From the NCBI GenBank assembly GCA_963663385.2, contig CAXXXD010000004.1, positions 992,001 through 1,056,000 of the forward strand: a DNA stretch of 64,000 bases, in the 5' to 3' direction. Below, in pieces: positions 48,075-58,208 of the stretch. The stretch comes from Oceanispirochaeta sp. Lineage in GTDB: Bacteria > Spirochaetota > Spirochaetia > DSM-2461. Position numbers and translations under genes: made by a program. Each line of letters starts with the position of its first letter. The stretch's first letter is position 1. The notes under the pieces are model-generated. The model ran no database searches and had not been told where the DNA came from. It was given only the letters and a program-made list of their open reading frames with translations.

Positions 48075-50324
48075 GTGAAAAATACAACATTTTATCAGAT
48101 CCTCGAAAAAATTTCTAAAAAGGCATCCCTCTTTGAATCCCTCCAGGAGGCGAACAGTTTTCTGAAAGAGACTGTCCGCAAGGTTATGGAAAAAGCCGGT
48201 TCAACTCTGGGCGCCGTATATATTTATAATGAAACAACAAAAGAACTGGAATTCCGGGTCGGTTACGACAGGGATGATTTCTGGGATACCTGCCGCTGCG
48301 GAGGGGAAAAAGCACCCCTCAGTTTTGCCCTGGACGGAAACGATGCGGGGAAAGCCTTTACGGAGGGGACAATTCGGGTTCTCAGGTATGACAATCCCTC
48401 TTCTCCCATCCGGTCAAAAATCCTGGTTCCCATAATACGCGGACCCGAGAAAATCGGAGTTCTCCTTATCGCCCATAAGAATCCCGACTTTTTTGATACC
48501 CTGAATAAAGCGGATATCCTCGGGGCGGCATCCATGCTGGGGGATATCTTTGTTGAAGCGACAGCTCTCCTGGAACAGAAACAGGCAGTAGAAAAGGCTC
48601 AGGAGAAAAAAAATCCCTCAAAGATCATTGGAAAGAAAGCGTCGGAAGGGGTCGTGCAGGGAACCGTTCTGCCCGTATGGGCCGATATGGAATCGGTTAT
48701 TGAACACCTTCCGCTTCAGGGAACCACAGAAGAGGAAAAGGCACTGTTTGACTCAGCTCTGACTGAATCCCTGAAACAGCTGGAACAGCTCCAGGACAGC
48801 GCCGCTTCCGGAGAGGGCGATGAGGACATGGTCTCCCTGATCTTCACAGCTCAGCTTTATATGCTGAAAGATCCGAGTTTTATCGATAAAATGCGGAGCC
48901 TTATTGAAGAGGGCTTATCTGCTGCCCATGCTGTGAAGCAGGTGATAAACGAGTATGCCGGCCGCTTTTCCGCCATGAAGGAGATCCGGCTGGCGGAAAA
49001 AGCCCAGGATGTGAGGGATCTCGGATTCCGTATGATTTCCAATATGGGCCGGGCAGAGGAGAAGAACTTCTCCTATAAGGGGAAAATCGTACTGTCCCGT
49101 CATATTTATCCCTCGGATCTTTATCGCCTGGCTGTGGAAGGAGTGGCGGGTGTGGTCCTCCGGGGAACAGGTGTTACAGCCCATATAGCCATACTGGCCC
49201 GTTCTCTCAGTCTTCCTGTACTTATTACAGATGATAACTCTCTTCTGGATATCCCGGAGGGTACCGCTGTGCTGCTGGATGCCAGCGGCGGGACCCTTTA
49301 TATTAATCCTGCCCGGGAAACTCTTGAACGCCTGCTTGAAAACGGGGATAAAAAAGAAACCCCTAAAGCTTATACCCTGAAAGGGAAGACGGCGGATAAT
49401 GTAGCTGTCACTGTTTCGGCTAATGTCAATATCCTGCAGGATGCCAAGGAAGCGGTTAAACAAGGTGCTGAAGGGATTGGTCTTTACCGGAGCGAGTTCC
49501 CCTTTATCCTTAAAAATGATTTCCTTTCGGAAGAGCAGCAGCTCCGGATCTACCGGTCTATTGTAACCAGCCAGAAGGGGAAGCCGGTTGTGCTCCGTAC
49601 GGCGGATATCGGAGGGGACAAGCTCCTGCAGGGACGCAGTGAAGCCGAGGATAATCCCTTTCTGGGGGTTCGGGGGATCCGATTCTCCCTGGCAAACAGG
49701 GAGCTTTTCCGGGACCAGCTGCGGGCCATGATGCGGGCGGGGTTTGATGCGGATCTCCGTATCCTGCTCCCCATGGTTTCGGGGGTGGAAGAGGTCCTTC
49801 AGGCCCGGTCTGAAATTGCCTTCTGCCGGAGTCAGCTGGAAAAGCGGGGCGTTCCCTTTAACGGGGAACCGAAAATCGGTGCCATGATTGAGCTGCCGTC
49901 TGCCGCCATGGCTGTGGAGGAACTGGCTGCCGAGACCGATTTCCTGTCCATTGGATCCAATGATCTGACAATGTATCTTCTTGCGGTGGACCGGACAAAT
50001 CAGAATCTGAGTCACCTCTACAGAAGCCATCATCCTACTGTATTGCGTGTTATGGCTACTATCGCCCGTGAGTCGGGGGATTCCCTTTCCGAACTTTCCG
50101 TATGCGGTGATACCGCCGCAGATCCTCTGATGATTCCATTCTTTGTCGGTTTGGGTATCCGGAAATTGAGTGTATCTCCCGGCAGTGTGGAAAAGGTGAA
50201 ACAGCATCTGAACCGGTTTTCTGTTACTGAGGCGGAGGAGATTACCCGGAAAATGCTCTCGATTAAACGCCTGAGTGAAATGGAAGAGTTCATTGCCGAT
50301 TTTAACAGGACTTACGACTTTTAG
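48075..50324 (+). CDS. ptsP: PTS enzyme I with an N-terminal GAF domain (PtsP/EI-Ntr-like)
   Basis: GAF N-terminus; TAHIAILARSL phospho-His motif; GIGLYRSE, NPFLGVRGIR, SIGSNDL, VCG. Confidence 0.9.
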   Translation: MKNTTFYQILEKISKKASLFESLQEANSFLKETVRKVMEKAGSTLGAVYIYNETTKELEFRVGYDRDDFWDTCRCGGEKAPLSFALDGNDAGKAFTEGTIRVLRYDNPSSPIRSKILVPIIRGPEKIGVLLIAHKNPDFFDTLNKADILGAASMLGDIFVEATALLEQKQAVEKAQEKKNPSKIIGKKASEGVVQGTVLPVWADMESVIEHLPLQGTTEEEKALFDSALTESLKQLEQLQDSAASGEGDEDMVSLIFTAQLYMLKDPSFIDKMRSLIEEGLSAAHAVKQVINEYAGRFSAMKEIRLAEKAQDVRDLGFRMISNMGRAEEKNFSYKGKIVLSRHIYPSDLYRLAVEGVAGVVLRGTGVTAHIAILARSLSLPVLITDDNSLLDIPEGTAVLLDASGGTLYINPARETLERLLENGDKKETPKAYTLKGKTADNVAVTVSANVNILQDAKEAVKQGAEGIGLYRSEFPFILKNDFLSEEQQLRIYRSIVTSQKGKPVVLRTADIGGDKLLQGRSEAEDNPFLGVRGIRFSLANRELFRDQLRAMMRAGFDADLRILLPMVSGVEEVLQARSEIAFCRSQLEKRGVPFNGEPKIGAMIELPSAAMAVEELAAETDFLSIGSNDLTMYLLAVDRTNQNLSHLYRSHHPTVLRVMATIARESGDSLSELSVCGDTAADPLMIPFFVGLGIRKLSVSPGSVEKVKQHLNRFSVTEAEEITRKMLSIKRLSEMEEFIADFNRTYDF

Positions 50325-50411
50325 TTTATGGTCAAGCGAAGCCGAGGGAGAACAGAAACCCTGCCTTTATGTGTTATTATATAAACAACAGTTTAAAAAA
50401 GGAGACGTACT

Positions 50412-50888
50412 ATGAAAACAGCTGTAGTCTATTCCTCAAAAAAAGGCTTTGTGAAAGAAGCGGCGGAGAGGATTCAGTCCGGTCTGGGCGAACAGGCTGA
50501 TCTGTTTGATCTATCCGGTGGAAAACCGGGTAATCTTGAAAACTATGATGCTGTGATATTTGCCGTATCCGTCAGGGCCGGGCGTTTCCCCGGCAGATTC
50601 AACAGGTTTTGCGAGAAACAGGTTCCCCGATTGAAAAATCAGAAAGTAAGTCTTCTTGTGAGCGGTCTGGATGAAAAAACCTATAATGAGGCAGTAGACC
50701 GGAATTTGCCGGTTGAAGTTAAGGGCTGTTTTCAAAAAATCCTCTATATAGGAGGACGCTATCTGCCCGAGCAGTACGGACGGTTTATAAGAATGCTTAT
50801 GACCAGGATCAATGAAAACGACGGTCCTGTACTGAATGAGAAAATGGATGCGGTAGACGCACTGATTGAGGAGCTGAATGCTCAATAG
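50412..50888 (+). CDS. Flavodoxin-domain protein (HemG-like)
   Basis: VVYSSKKGFVKEAAERI, YDAVIF. Confidence 0.7.
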   Translation: MKTAVVYSSKKGFVKEAAERIQSGLGEQADLFDLSGGKPGNLENYDAVIFAVSVRAGRFPGRFNRFCEKQVPRLKNQKVSLLVSGLDEKTYNEAVDRNLPVEVKGCFQKILYIGGRYLPEQYGRFIRMLMTRINENDGPVLNEKMDAVDALIEELNAQ

Positions 50889-50982
50889 AACCGGGTCTGC
50901 GACTTCTTAAGAATAAAAAAATCGTATCAATACCGGTAATAACAATCTATAATTAAGGGTAATAATAAAAAAGGATGAATCC

Positions 50983-52929
50983 ATGTATAATTCCCTTCTT
51001 GATATACCCTTTGAAGCCGCCGGGAAGTACCCGGACAGAATATCTCATCAATTCCGCAGCGGAAAACAGACCGAAACCAGAACCTTTAAAGATTTCAGTC
51101 GGATGATTGAAGTTCTGACAGCCGGATTTGACTCCTTTGGAATTGAAAAGAAAGACCATGCAGGCTTTTTTATGAACAACCGTTTTGAGTGGATCTGTAC
51201 GGATTTTGCTTTAATGGCTCTGGGTGCCGTGTCTGTTCCCCGCGGTTCGGATACTACACCAAAGGAAGTTCAGTTCATCTTCCATCACTCCGATTCGGTT
51301 TATCTGATTCTGGAAAACCAGCAGCAGCTGAAGGAGCTGATACCCGTTTTTTCTGCACAAGACTGGAAACAGTGTAAAAGGGTTTTTGTACTGGATAAAA
51401 AGGAGGGGTTTACTCTTCCGGACGATTTTACAAACGACCTGATCTACTACGATGAGATAATTGCCGCCGGAGAGAAAGCCCTGGCGGAACAACCGGATCT
51501 GATGCGGAAACTTTCTCCCCTGATCAGGAAGGATGATCTTCTGACCATTGTTTATACATCGGGAACAACCGGAAATCCAAAGGGCGTTATGCTGACCCAC
51601 GGGAATTTCCTCCAGAATGTTGTGGCAAATACCCCGCGACTTGAAATTGATCCGGTCAAGGCGGAGAAAACAGTCGTCATGCTTCCCTCCTGGCATGTGT
51701 ATGAAAGAGCTTTCGAATACTGTGCCCTGTCCTGTGCCCTGACCCTGGTCTACTCCTCAGCCGGCCGTTTTGCGGCGGATCTGCTGGCGGTCAAGCCGGA
51801 AATCCTGATATCTGTTCCCCGGGTTTGGGAATCTATCTATCAGAAAATGATCCGGGCTATCAGTGAAATGCCCGCTTTTAAGCGGTATCTTATCTTTTTC
51901 TTTATCAAGCTGAATCAGCAGTATCTCAGTTCAAGGCAATACCTGATGGGGTGTTATATCTCTCTGCACAAAAGGAATTCTCTTGTGAAGACCGCTGTGT
52001 GGATCTATCATCTCTTCCGTCTGATATTATGGACGCCCGGACACGGGATGGCCCATATCCTTTTCAAACCCTTCCGGGACAAGGTGGGAGGGCGTCTGCG
52101 GGGGGCTACTTCCGCCGCCGGATCCCTTCCCAAATACCTGGACGAAATTTTCAACTCCCTGGGGATTAATATTGTTAATGCCTACGGGATGACCGAGTGT
52201 GCTCCCGGGATTCTTTCCCGGACATTTTCCCGTAACACCTTTGGAACCACCGGGGTCCCCTTTGACAATACGGAAGTACAGATCCGCCGGGAGGACGGCA
52301 GCGAAACCGATATCGGGGAGAAGGGGGTGATCTATGCCAGAGGGCCCCAGGTTATGCTGGGGTACTACAAAAATCCCGAGGCGACGAAGGCTGTTCTCAG
52401 TGAAGACGGGTGGCTGAATACGGGGGATCTGGCGGTCCGGTCTGAAAACGGGGAAATAATAATTGTCGGGCGATTAAAAGATACGATTGTTTTAATGGGC
52501 GGAGAAAATGTGGAGCCCGAACCGATAGAGGAAAAAATCAAGGAGAGCCTGTATATCGATCATGCGGTTGTACTGGGGCAGGACCAGAAACAGCTCTCAG
52601 CCATTGTCGCGGTTAACGAAGAGGAACTTATGAAACTGGCGGCGGAGCTTAAACTTTCTGATGTGGAAGTACAGATTGACGGAGATAACTCCATTGAACA
52701 GGATAAGGTTTATGAGGTTCTGCTTAAAGAGGTGAATCGTCTGATTTCAAAGGAGCACGGCTTTAAGCCCTTTGAGTTTGTAACAAAGATACTTCCTGTT
52801 AAAAATGACTTTTCCATCGGGAAGGAACTGACCCAGACCCTTAAAGTGAAGCGCCAGTATATCGAAGAGAAATACAAGAGCCTGATAGCCAGGCTGCATG
52901 AAGATACAGAAAAAAAACGGAAAAAATAA
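50983..52929 (+). CDS. Long-chain fatty acid-CoA ligase
   Basis: YTSGTTGNPKGVMLTH, AYGMTE, GWLNTGD, GRLKD. Confidence 0.93.
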   Translation: MYNSLLDIPFEAAGKYPDRISHQFRSGKQTETRTFKDFSRMIEVLTAGFDSFGIEKKDHAGFFMNNRFEWICTDFALMALGAVSVPRGSDTTPKEVQFIFHHSDSVYLILENQQQLKELIPVFSAQDWKQCKRVFVLDKKEGFTLPDDFTNDLIYYDEIIAAGEKALAEQPDLMRKLSPLIRKDDLLTIVYTSGTTGNPKGVMLTHGNFLQNVVANTPRLEIDPVKAEKTVVMLPSWHVYERAFEYCALSCALTLVYSSAGRFAADLLAVKPEILISVPRVWESIYQKMIRAISEMPAFKRYLIFFFIKLNQQYLSSRQYLMGCYISLHKRNSLVKTAVWIYHLFRLILWTPGHGMAHILFKPFRDKVGGRLRGATSAAGSLPKYLDEIFNSLGINIVNAYGMTECAPGILSRTFSRNTFGTTGVPFDNTEVQIRREDGSETDIGEKGVIYARGPQVMLGYYKNPEATKAVLSEDGWLNTGDLAVRSENGEIIIVGRLKDTIVLMGGENVEPEPIEEKIKESLYIDHAVVLGQDQKQLSAIVAVNEEELMKLAAELKLSDVEVQIDGDNSIEQDKVYEVLLKEVNRLISKEHGFKPFEFVTKILPVKNDFSIGKELTQTLKVKRQYIEEKYKSLIARLHEDTEKKRKK

Positions 52930-53570
52930 TGCTTGGAAAAACAAAAGTCCTGGAAAAAGATATCGATATCTTTCTGGAGAAAATCCAGAATATCAATCAG
53001 ACCTCCTTTGAGGCCGTTCATGACTATATGAGGGGAGAGGAAGATCACTTCCAATCACATAAAGAGAAGACCCGGACTCTGGAGTCAGAGATTGATGCTA
53101 TAAGAATCGAGATTGAACACGGTCTATACGGGGGAATGCTGATCCCCGAATCCAGAGGCGATGTGCTGGGAATTCTGGAGTCCCTGGATGATGTGGCCGA
53201 TTCGGCCAAGGAAATTGCGGTTGCTCTGGATATTGAAAGACCTGAATTCCCGGATTTTATTCGGAGTGATTTTCTGAAAATCGCCCGTATGAGCCGTGAC
53301 TCTGTGGATGAGCTGATACAGGCGGTAACCCTGTTCTTTACCAGTTCCGATCTGACCGGGAATTTCATTAAAAAAGTTAATTACTACGAGCACGAAATAG
53401 ATCAGCTGGAGGAGGAACTGAAACGGAAGATTTTTGCCAGCAATGATATTGCCCGGCTCAGTCATAAAATGCACTTGCGGTATTTTGTGGAGACTCAGGC
53501 GAAATTGTCGGATGAGGCGGAATCTGTCTGCCAGAGACTGGCCCTTTCCTCCATGAAGAGAAGCATCTAA
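52929..53570 (+). CDS. DUF47 (PhoU-like) phosphate transport accessory protein
   Basis: LESEID, LDDVAD, EHEIDQLE, LSDEAE; upstream of PiT. Confidence 0.85.
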   Translation: MLGKTKVLEKDIDIFLEKIQNINQTSFEAVHDYMRGEEDHFQSHKEKTRTLESEIDAIRIEIEHGLYGGMLIPESRGDVLGILESLDDVADSAKEIAVALDIERPEFPDFIRSDFLKIARMSRDSVDELIQAVTLFFTSSDLTGNFIKKVNYYEHEIDQLEEELKRKIFASNDIARLSHKMHLRYFVETQAKLSDEAESVCQRLALSSMKRSI

Positions 53571-53579
53571 GGGGCTCTC

Positions 53580-54625
53580 ATGATCACAATCCTGTTCTAC
53601 CTTTCCAGCGGTCTCTTTCTGGGCTGGTCTCTGGGGGCCAATGATGCGGCCAATGTCTTCGGTACTGCTGTCGGTTCCAAAATGGTCCGTTTCAAGGTGG
53701 CCGCGGTTATCTGCAGTATTTTTCTGATTATCGGCGCCGTTGCCGGCGGGGCCGGAGCCAGTCATACCCTGGGGAAGCTGGGAGCCGTCAGCTCCCTGCC
53801 GGGCGCTTATACAGTAGCCCTGTCTGCTGCCATTTCGGTTTTTTTTATGACCCGTACAGGGCTGCCTGTTTCGACTTCCCAGGCTATTGTCGGAGGGATT
53901 ATCGGCTGGAATATTTATGCAGGACTGGCGACAGATCCGGAGGTTTTCAGGAAGATCGCCCTGACCTGGGTCCTCTGTCCGGTTCTGGCCTGTGTTTTCA
54001 GTGTCCTTCTGTACTGGCTGCTGCGATTTGTTCTTTCAAAGCTGACGCTCCATATCCTCCGTCTGGATATCTATACCCGGGCCTCCCTGATCCTGGTGGG
54101 CGCCTTCGGCTCCTACAGTCTGGGGGCTAATAATATTGCCAATGTAATGGGGGTTTTTATACCTTCCTCTCCTTTTTCGGATCTTATACTCCCCGGGGGG
54201 CTGGTATTCAGCAGTGTGCAGCAGCTCTTTCTATTGGGAGGAGTTTCCATTGCAGCGGGGGTTATCACCTACTCCCGGAAGGTGATGAATACGGTTGGCA
54301 CGGGTATTTTCCCGCTCTCTCCCATTACAGCTGTAGTTGTGGTTGTGGCCAGTTCTCTGGTTCTGTTTGTATTTGCCTCCCAGGACCTTCAGAATCTGAT
54401 GCGCTCTGCCGGACTGCCGGCTTTTCCGCTTGTTCCGGTTTCCAGCTCTCAGGCGGTCGTCGGGGCGGTTATGGGGATAGGTCTGGTGAAGGGGGGAGGA
54501 ATCTGAAACTGGGTTCCCTGGGGAAAATAGGGCTGGGCTGGATTGCCACCCCCCTGATGGCGGCGCTGATCTGCTTTATCATGCTGTATTTTATGGAGAA
54601 TGTTTTTATGACGCAGGTTGTGTAG
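53580..54625 (+). pseudogene. PiT family phosphate transporter with a frameshift in a G-run
   Basis: GANDAAN, GANNIAN, PVS motifs; the ORF stops at 54506 but the final helix (GLGWIATPLMAALIC) continues in another frame to TAG 54625. Confidence 0.8.
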
Positions 54626-54636
54626 GGTCTTTTCCC

Positions 54637-56937
54637 CTACTTGATCCACTCCTCCAGCCTGTTCTGCTCCCGTATCAGATGATACCGGACAAATTCATTT
54701 AAAAAGCGCATTCCCTCTTCCGCAGTGAGAAAAACAGGGACTCCGCCGCTTTCCAGAAACTGCCCCATCCTGTTGTAGGAGGAGTCCATTCCCGATGTGG
54801 CGGTAAGGGATACAATCAGGGGTTTTTTATGCCGGGCTGCCACTTCCGTAATCCCTTTGGCAATATGATCGGGGTAGCAGGCAATCTCCTCGTCCGTGGT
54901 ATGGAGGTAGCCCGAATGGGGGACGATGGAAACCAGGAGGGCGTCCACTTCTTCTGATGCCAGCAGCAGATCAATCGCTTTGACAAACACTTCGTCTCCT
55001 ATCATGGGTGTCAGATCCAGAAGAGTTTCCACAGTTACAAAAGAGGGCAGGAGCGCCCGGAGTCTGTCGGATGTTTCAGCACCCAGATTCGCCAGAACAA
55101 GGTCTTTCAGATTGTCTGCGGCATTGGCTTTCTCATAACCCGCATTGGTAATGACAGCTGTTCTGTTTCCCCTGACCCTGCAGTCGTGAAGCATGGAGAA
55201 TGTTTTGATATACCCCAGATGCTCGGACATGGTGTCCGCCACAATCAGCCCGGCCTGCTTCATGGCAGCTTTGGCCACGGCATACTCCCCGGCAATACTG
55301 GCGGTATGGGATTGGGTGGCCATCTGTCCTTCCTGAGTCCGTCCCGCCTTGTAGACAACGATGGGGACCCTGTTCTGATCTGCCAGCCCCCGGGAGCCGA
55401 TATTGAAAAAACGCCGGCCCGCCCCGGGCTGAAATCCCTCAATGTACACACCGATAACCCGGATATCAGGGTCATCCCCCCAGAACCGGATCAGGTCGCA
55501 GGGATCCACATCCAGCTGGTTCCCGTAACTGACCACGACCTTTGGACTGACCGCATGACGCAGCTCCGACAGCTCCACCAGCCCCAGGGCGCCGCTCTGG
55601 CTGAAGAGGGCCATATTCCGGTCCCGGGAAAGGTCCAGATGGAACTTCTTCTCCGGAATGAAGAAGGTATTCATTCCCTCTTCACTGCTGTTCCCGGCAT
55701 AAACGACGCCGAGACAGTTGGGGCCCATTATCCGGATATCCTTTTCCCGGCAGAGCCGGAGGATTTCCTCCTCCGGGCCCTTGTCATGGGATGTTTCGCT
55801 GAATCCGCCAGGGATCAGCAGGATGGCCTTACAGGAAATACTGACTGCCTCCTCCACCACAGCCCGTGCCGCGCCGGCCGGAACCGTTACGACAACCAGT
55901 TCTACCGGGACAGGTAGATTCTGCAGGGATTGATAGAGGGGGACGTTTTGTCCCTCTATCTCAGTGCTGCCTCCCTTCGGATTGACGCAGTACACATCCT
56001 GTCTCTTCAGGCGGAGCAGATTGGATGCTATGATATTCCCCGGCCGGAGACTGTCTGATGAACTGACTCCCACAACAGCAATCCCTTTTGGACGGAAGAA
56101 GGCATCCATATTGGTGAATTGTCTGGAATCTTTGGGGATTTCCGGCCGTGACAGGGATTCTTCATCCTTTGCGAACACGGCATACCCGTCCAGGGCAATC
56201 ATCCGGTGGTCCTTATCAAAAACAAAGGGATTGATTTCAAACTCCCTGAGAGTAAAAGAGGAATCTGAGGGAAAGAAGTTGGAGAACGATGTGGACAGTT
56301 CGCTGAATTTCAGTTTCACATCCAGGATCTGTTCCATAAAGTCCCCTTTCCCCTCCTGTTCATATTTCTTGTGTATTTCTGTGGAGGAGAGGAGAGCCCG
56401 GGCCCAGTCCGCATTGATGGGGGGAAGAACCAGGTTGGGGGGAGAAAAGTGTTTGGCAAAGTGCTCCGCATCCGAACCGCCCTTGCTGAAACTGATGACA
56501 GGACCGAAGGTCTCGCTTTCCCTGAATCCGATCATTACCTCATTTCCCAGTTCCGGGGAGTAGTCGATAAACTCGGTGAGCAGGGCCCCTTCGGTTTTAT
56601 AGCCGGCGGAGTGGAAACGCTCCATCATGGCCTGATAAGAGTAACGGATAAAATCCGTATCCTTGTGGAGGACTTTGACTCCCCCCAGCTTTTCCTTATG
56701 GGCCACTTCGGGCGAGACGATCTTCAGAACAACCCGGCTGCTGCCGAATCGGGAGAGAAGCTCCCGGTTTATCTGGGACTCTTCTGTGATAAGGGTATGT
56801 CTGGGGGTCCGGATTTCCAGTATTTCCAGTATCCTGTAGACCTCATATTCGTACAATTCCGTTCTGTTTTCGGATGAGGCTTTCTCAAGTACTGTATTGA
56901 TTTCCTTTTGCCAGTCAGGATGGGATATATGTTTCAT
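54637..56937 (-). CDS. ADP-forming acetate/acyl-CoA synthetase, fused subunits
   Basis: N-terminal ATP-grasp (LKIVSPEVAHKE..GGV, EINP); CoA-binding (GPNCLG, SQSGA, YGNQLD, SHTASIAG). Confidence 0.88.
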   Translation of the reverse strand: MKHISHPDWQKEINTVLEKASSENRTELYEYEVYRILEILEIRTPRHTLITEESQINRELLSRFGSSRVVLKIVSPEVAHKEKLGGVKVLHKDTDFIRYSYQAMMERFHSAGYKTEGALLTEFIDYSPELGNEVMIGFRESETFGPVISFSKGGSDAEHFAKHFSPPNLVLPPINADWARALLSSTEIHKKYEQEGKGDFMEQILDVKLKFSELSTSFSNFFPSDSSFTLREFEINPFVFDKDHRMIALDGYAVFAKDEESLSRPEIPKDSRQFTNMDAFFRPKGIAVVGVSSSDSLRPGNIIASNLLRLKRQDVYCVNPKGGSTEIEGQNVPLYQSLQNLPVPVELVVVTVPAGAARAVVEEAVSISCKAILLIPGGFSETSHDKGPEEEILRLCREKDIRIMGPNCLGVVYAGNSSEEGMNTFFIPEKKFHLDLSRDRNMALFSQSGALGLVELSELRHAVSPKVVVSYGNQLDVDPCDLIRFWGDDPDIRVIGVYIEGFQPGAGRRFFNIGSRGLADQNRVPIVVYKAGRTQEGQMATQSHTASIAGEYAVAKAAMKQAGLIVADTMSEHLGYIKTFSMLHDCRVRGNRTAVITNAGYEKANAADNLKDLVLANLGAETSDRLRALLPSFVTVETLLDLTPMIGDEVFVKAIDLLLASEEVDALLVSIVPHSGYLHTTDEEIACYPDHIAKGITEVAARHKKPLIVSLTATSGMDSSYNRMGQFLESGGVPVFLTAEEGMRFLNEFVRYHLIREQNRLEEWIK

Positions 56938-57077
56938 AGGGGGGGCTCCTTCAATCAGTTCCTATTCAGATTCTAACGGTTGGGGAGCTTTCCTGCCAGA
57001 AGAAAATCTAACAGGGACAGGACAGACTCTGACTGGACAGAATGGACTTTTTTTAGAAAAGGCAATAAAGAACGCTG

Positions 57078-58124
57078 CTAAAGGGTCACTTCCTTCTGTT
57101 CTCCCATGGCTGTGAATCCCTCAAAAGATACGATCTCTCCGCCGGGCAGAGAGACTGTTCCTTTCAGTTCACCGAAAATGCCATGATAGTCGGAACGGGC
57201 CAATCCAAGATTAAATTGAATGGGAACATCCGAACCCGGATGAAAGTCCAGATTGATCCAGCCGTATTCATCCCTGATCTGCCAGGTTCCCATTACTCCG
57301 TCGGGACGGGAGAAACTAACAGGCGGGAGAGGGTACAGCTCCCCGTCTTTCCATAATCCGTTTTCATTGTATTTATCGGGATTCTGAATCTGATTACGGG
57401 TCAGGTTGATACCGGTCCGCTTTCCCTCTTCGTCCAGCCCCATGGTTGTGATCCAGTCATATTTCATGGTACGGGGATAGAATCCCTTATGGTCGTCCAG
57501 GACGACAGAGCTCTCTTCTGGAATAAAATCGGAGGTTTCATCCCCGATGGTTAACGAGCCTTCCCCGGACATAAGGGCTTTATGGGAGTAAAGGGGACGG
57601 TTCTTATCAAAGGGATGAACAATCACAAGGGGAGCGGCTGTATTCCGGGCTATAATTGAACCGCTGATGGCCGGCAGACCCGCAAAGTTCCAGGCGCTGA
57701 ATTCCATTTCAATGGTATCTTCTTTCAGGTTGTTGAAAATATCGATATTCAGATTATTGCTGTAATAGTAACAGCGGGATTTATCCAGACCCAGGGGAAG
57801 GTGCAGCTGCCAGGGGGGGACTTTCCTCTCATAACGGTAGACCCGGTTCTCCTTTTTGTTATAGGCCATTATAACGGCTATCCCCAGCAGTTTGGCGTTG
57901 TAAACAGCCAGACAGATAAACCACTCCCTGTTTGACAGCTGGTATGCCTGCCACTCCTTGAGTCTCATATTGTTCAGAAAGCGGGGAAGGGGAAATCCCA
58001 GAGGGGCAGAGGTCTTCAGCAGATCAGGATTTGCGACCGCCCCGTTATAATTCCCCATCTGACACTGCCCGTCGGGGCAGAGTTCTTCCGGGGGAGGTTT
58101 TATCGTTCGTTTGTAATCCTGCAT
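57078..58124 (-). CDS. DUF2804 family protein
   Basis: RLKEWQAY, LYSHK, LDDHKGFYP, NENGLW. Confidence 0.75.
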   Translation of the reverse strand: MQDYKRTIKPPPEELCPDGQCQMGNYNGAVANPDLLKTSAPLGFPLPRFLNNMRLKEWQAYQLSNREWFICLAVYNAKLLGIAVIMAYNKKENRVYRYERKVPPWQLHLPLGLDKSRCYYYSNNLNIDIFNNLKEDTIEMEFSAWNFAGLPAISGSIIARNTAAPLVIVHPFDKNRPLYSHKALMSGEGSLTIGDETSDFIPEESSVVLDDHKGFYPRTMKYDWITTMGLDEEGKRTGINLTRNQIQNPDKYNENGLWKDGELYPLPPVSFSRPDGVMGTWQIRDEYGWINLDFHPGSDVPIQFNLGLARSDYHGIFGELKGTVSLPGGEIVSFEGFTAMGEQKEVTL

Positions 58125-58208
58125 ATACCGGCTCCTCAGGCACCATTGTACTCCCCGTAACCCGCTCTGTATACTATTCTTAAAGGGAGATTTGCCTGAC
58201 AGCCAAGG

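Noticed and set aside
48915..50207. Long antisense ORFs (also 7675-8562, 13192-14124, 44059-45207)
   Set aside because: They are shadows of well-supported genes on the opposite strand and have no recognisable motifs.
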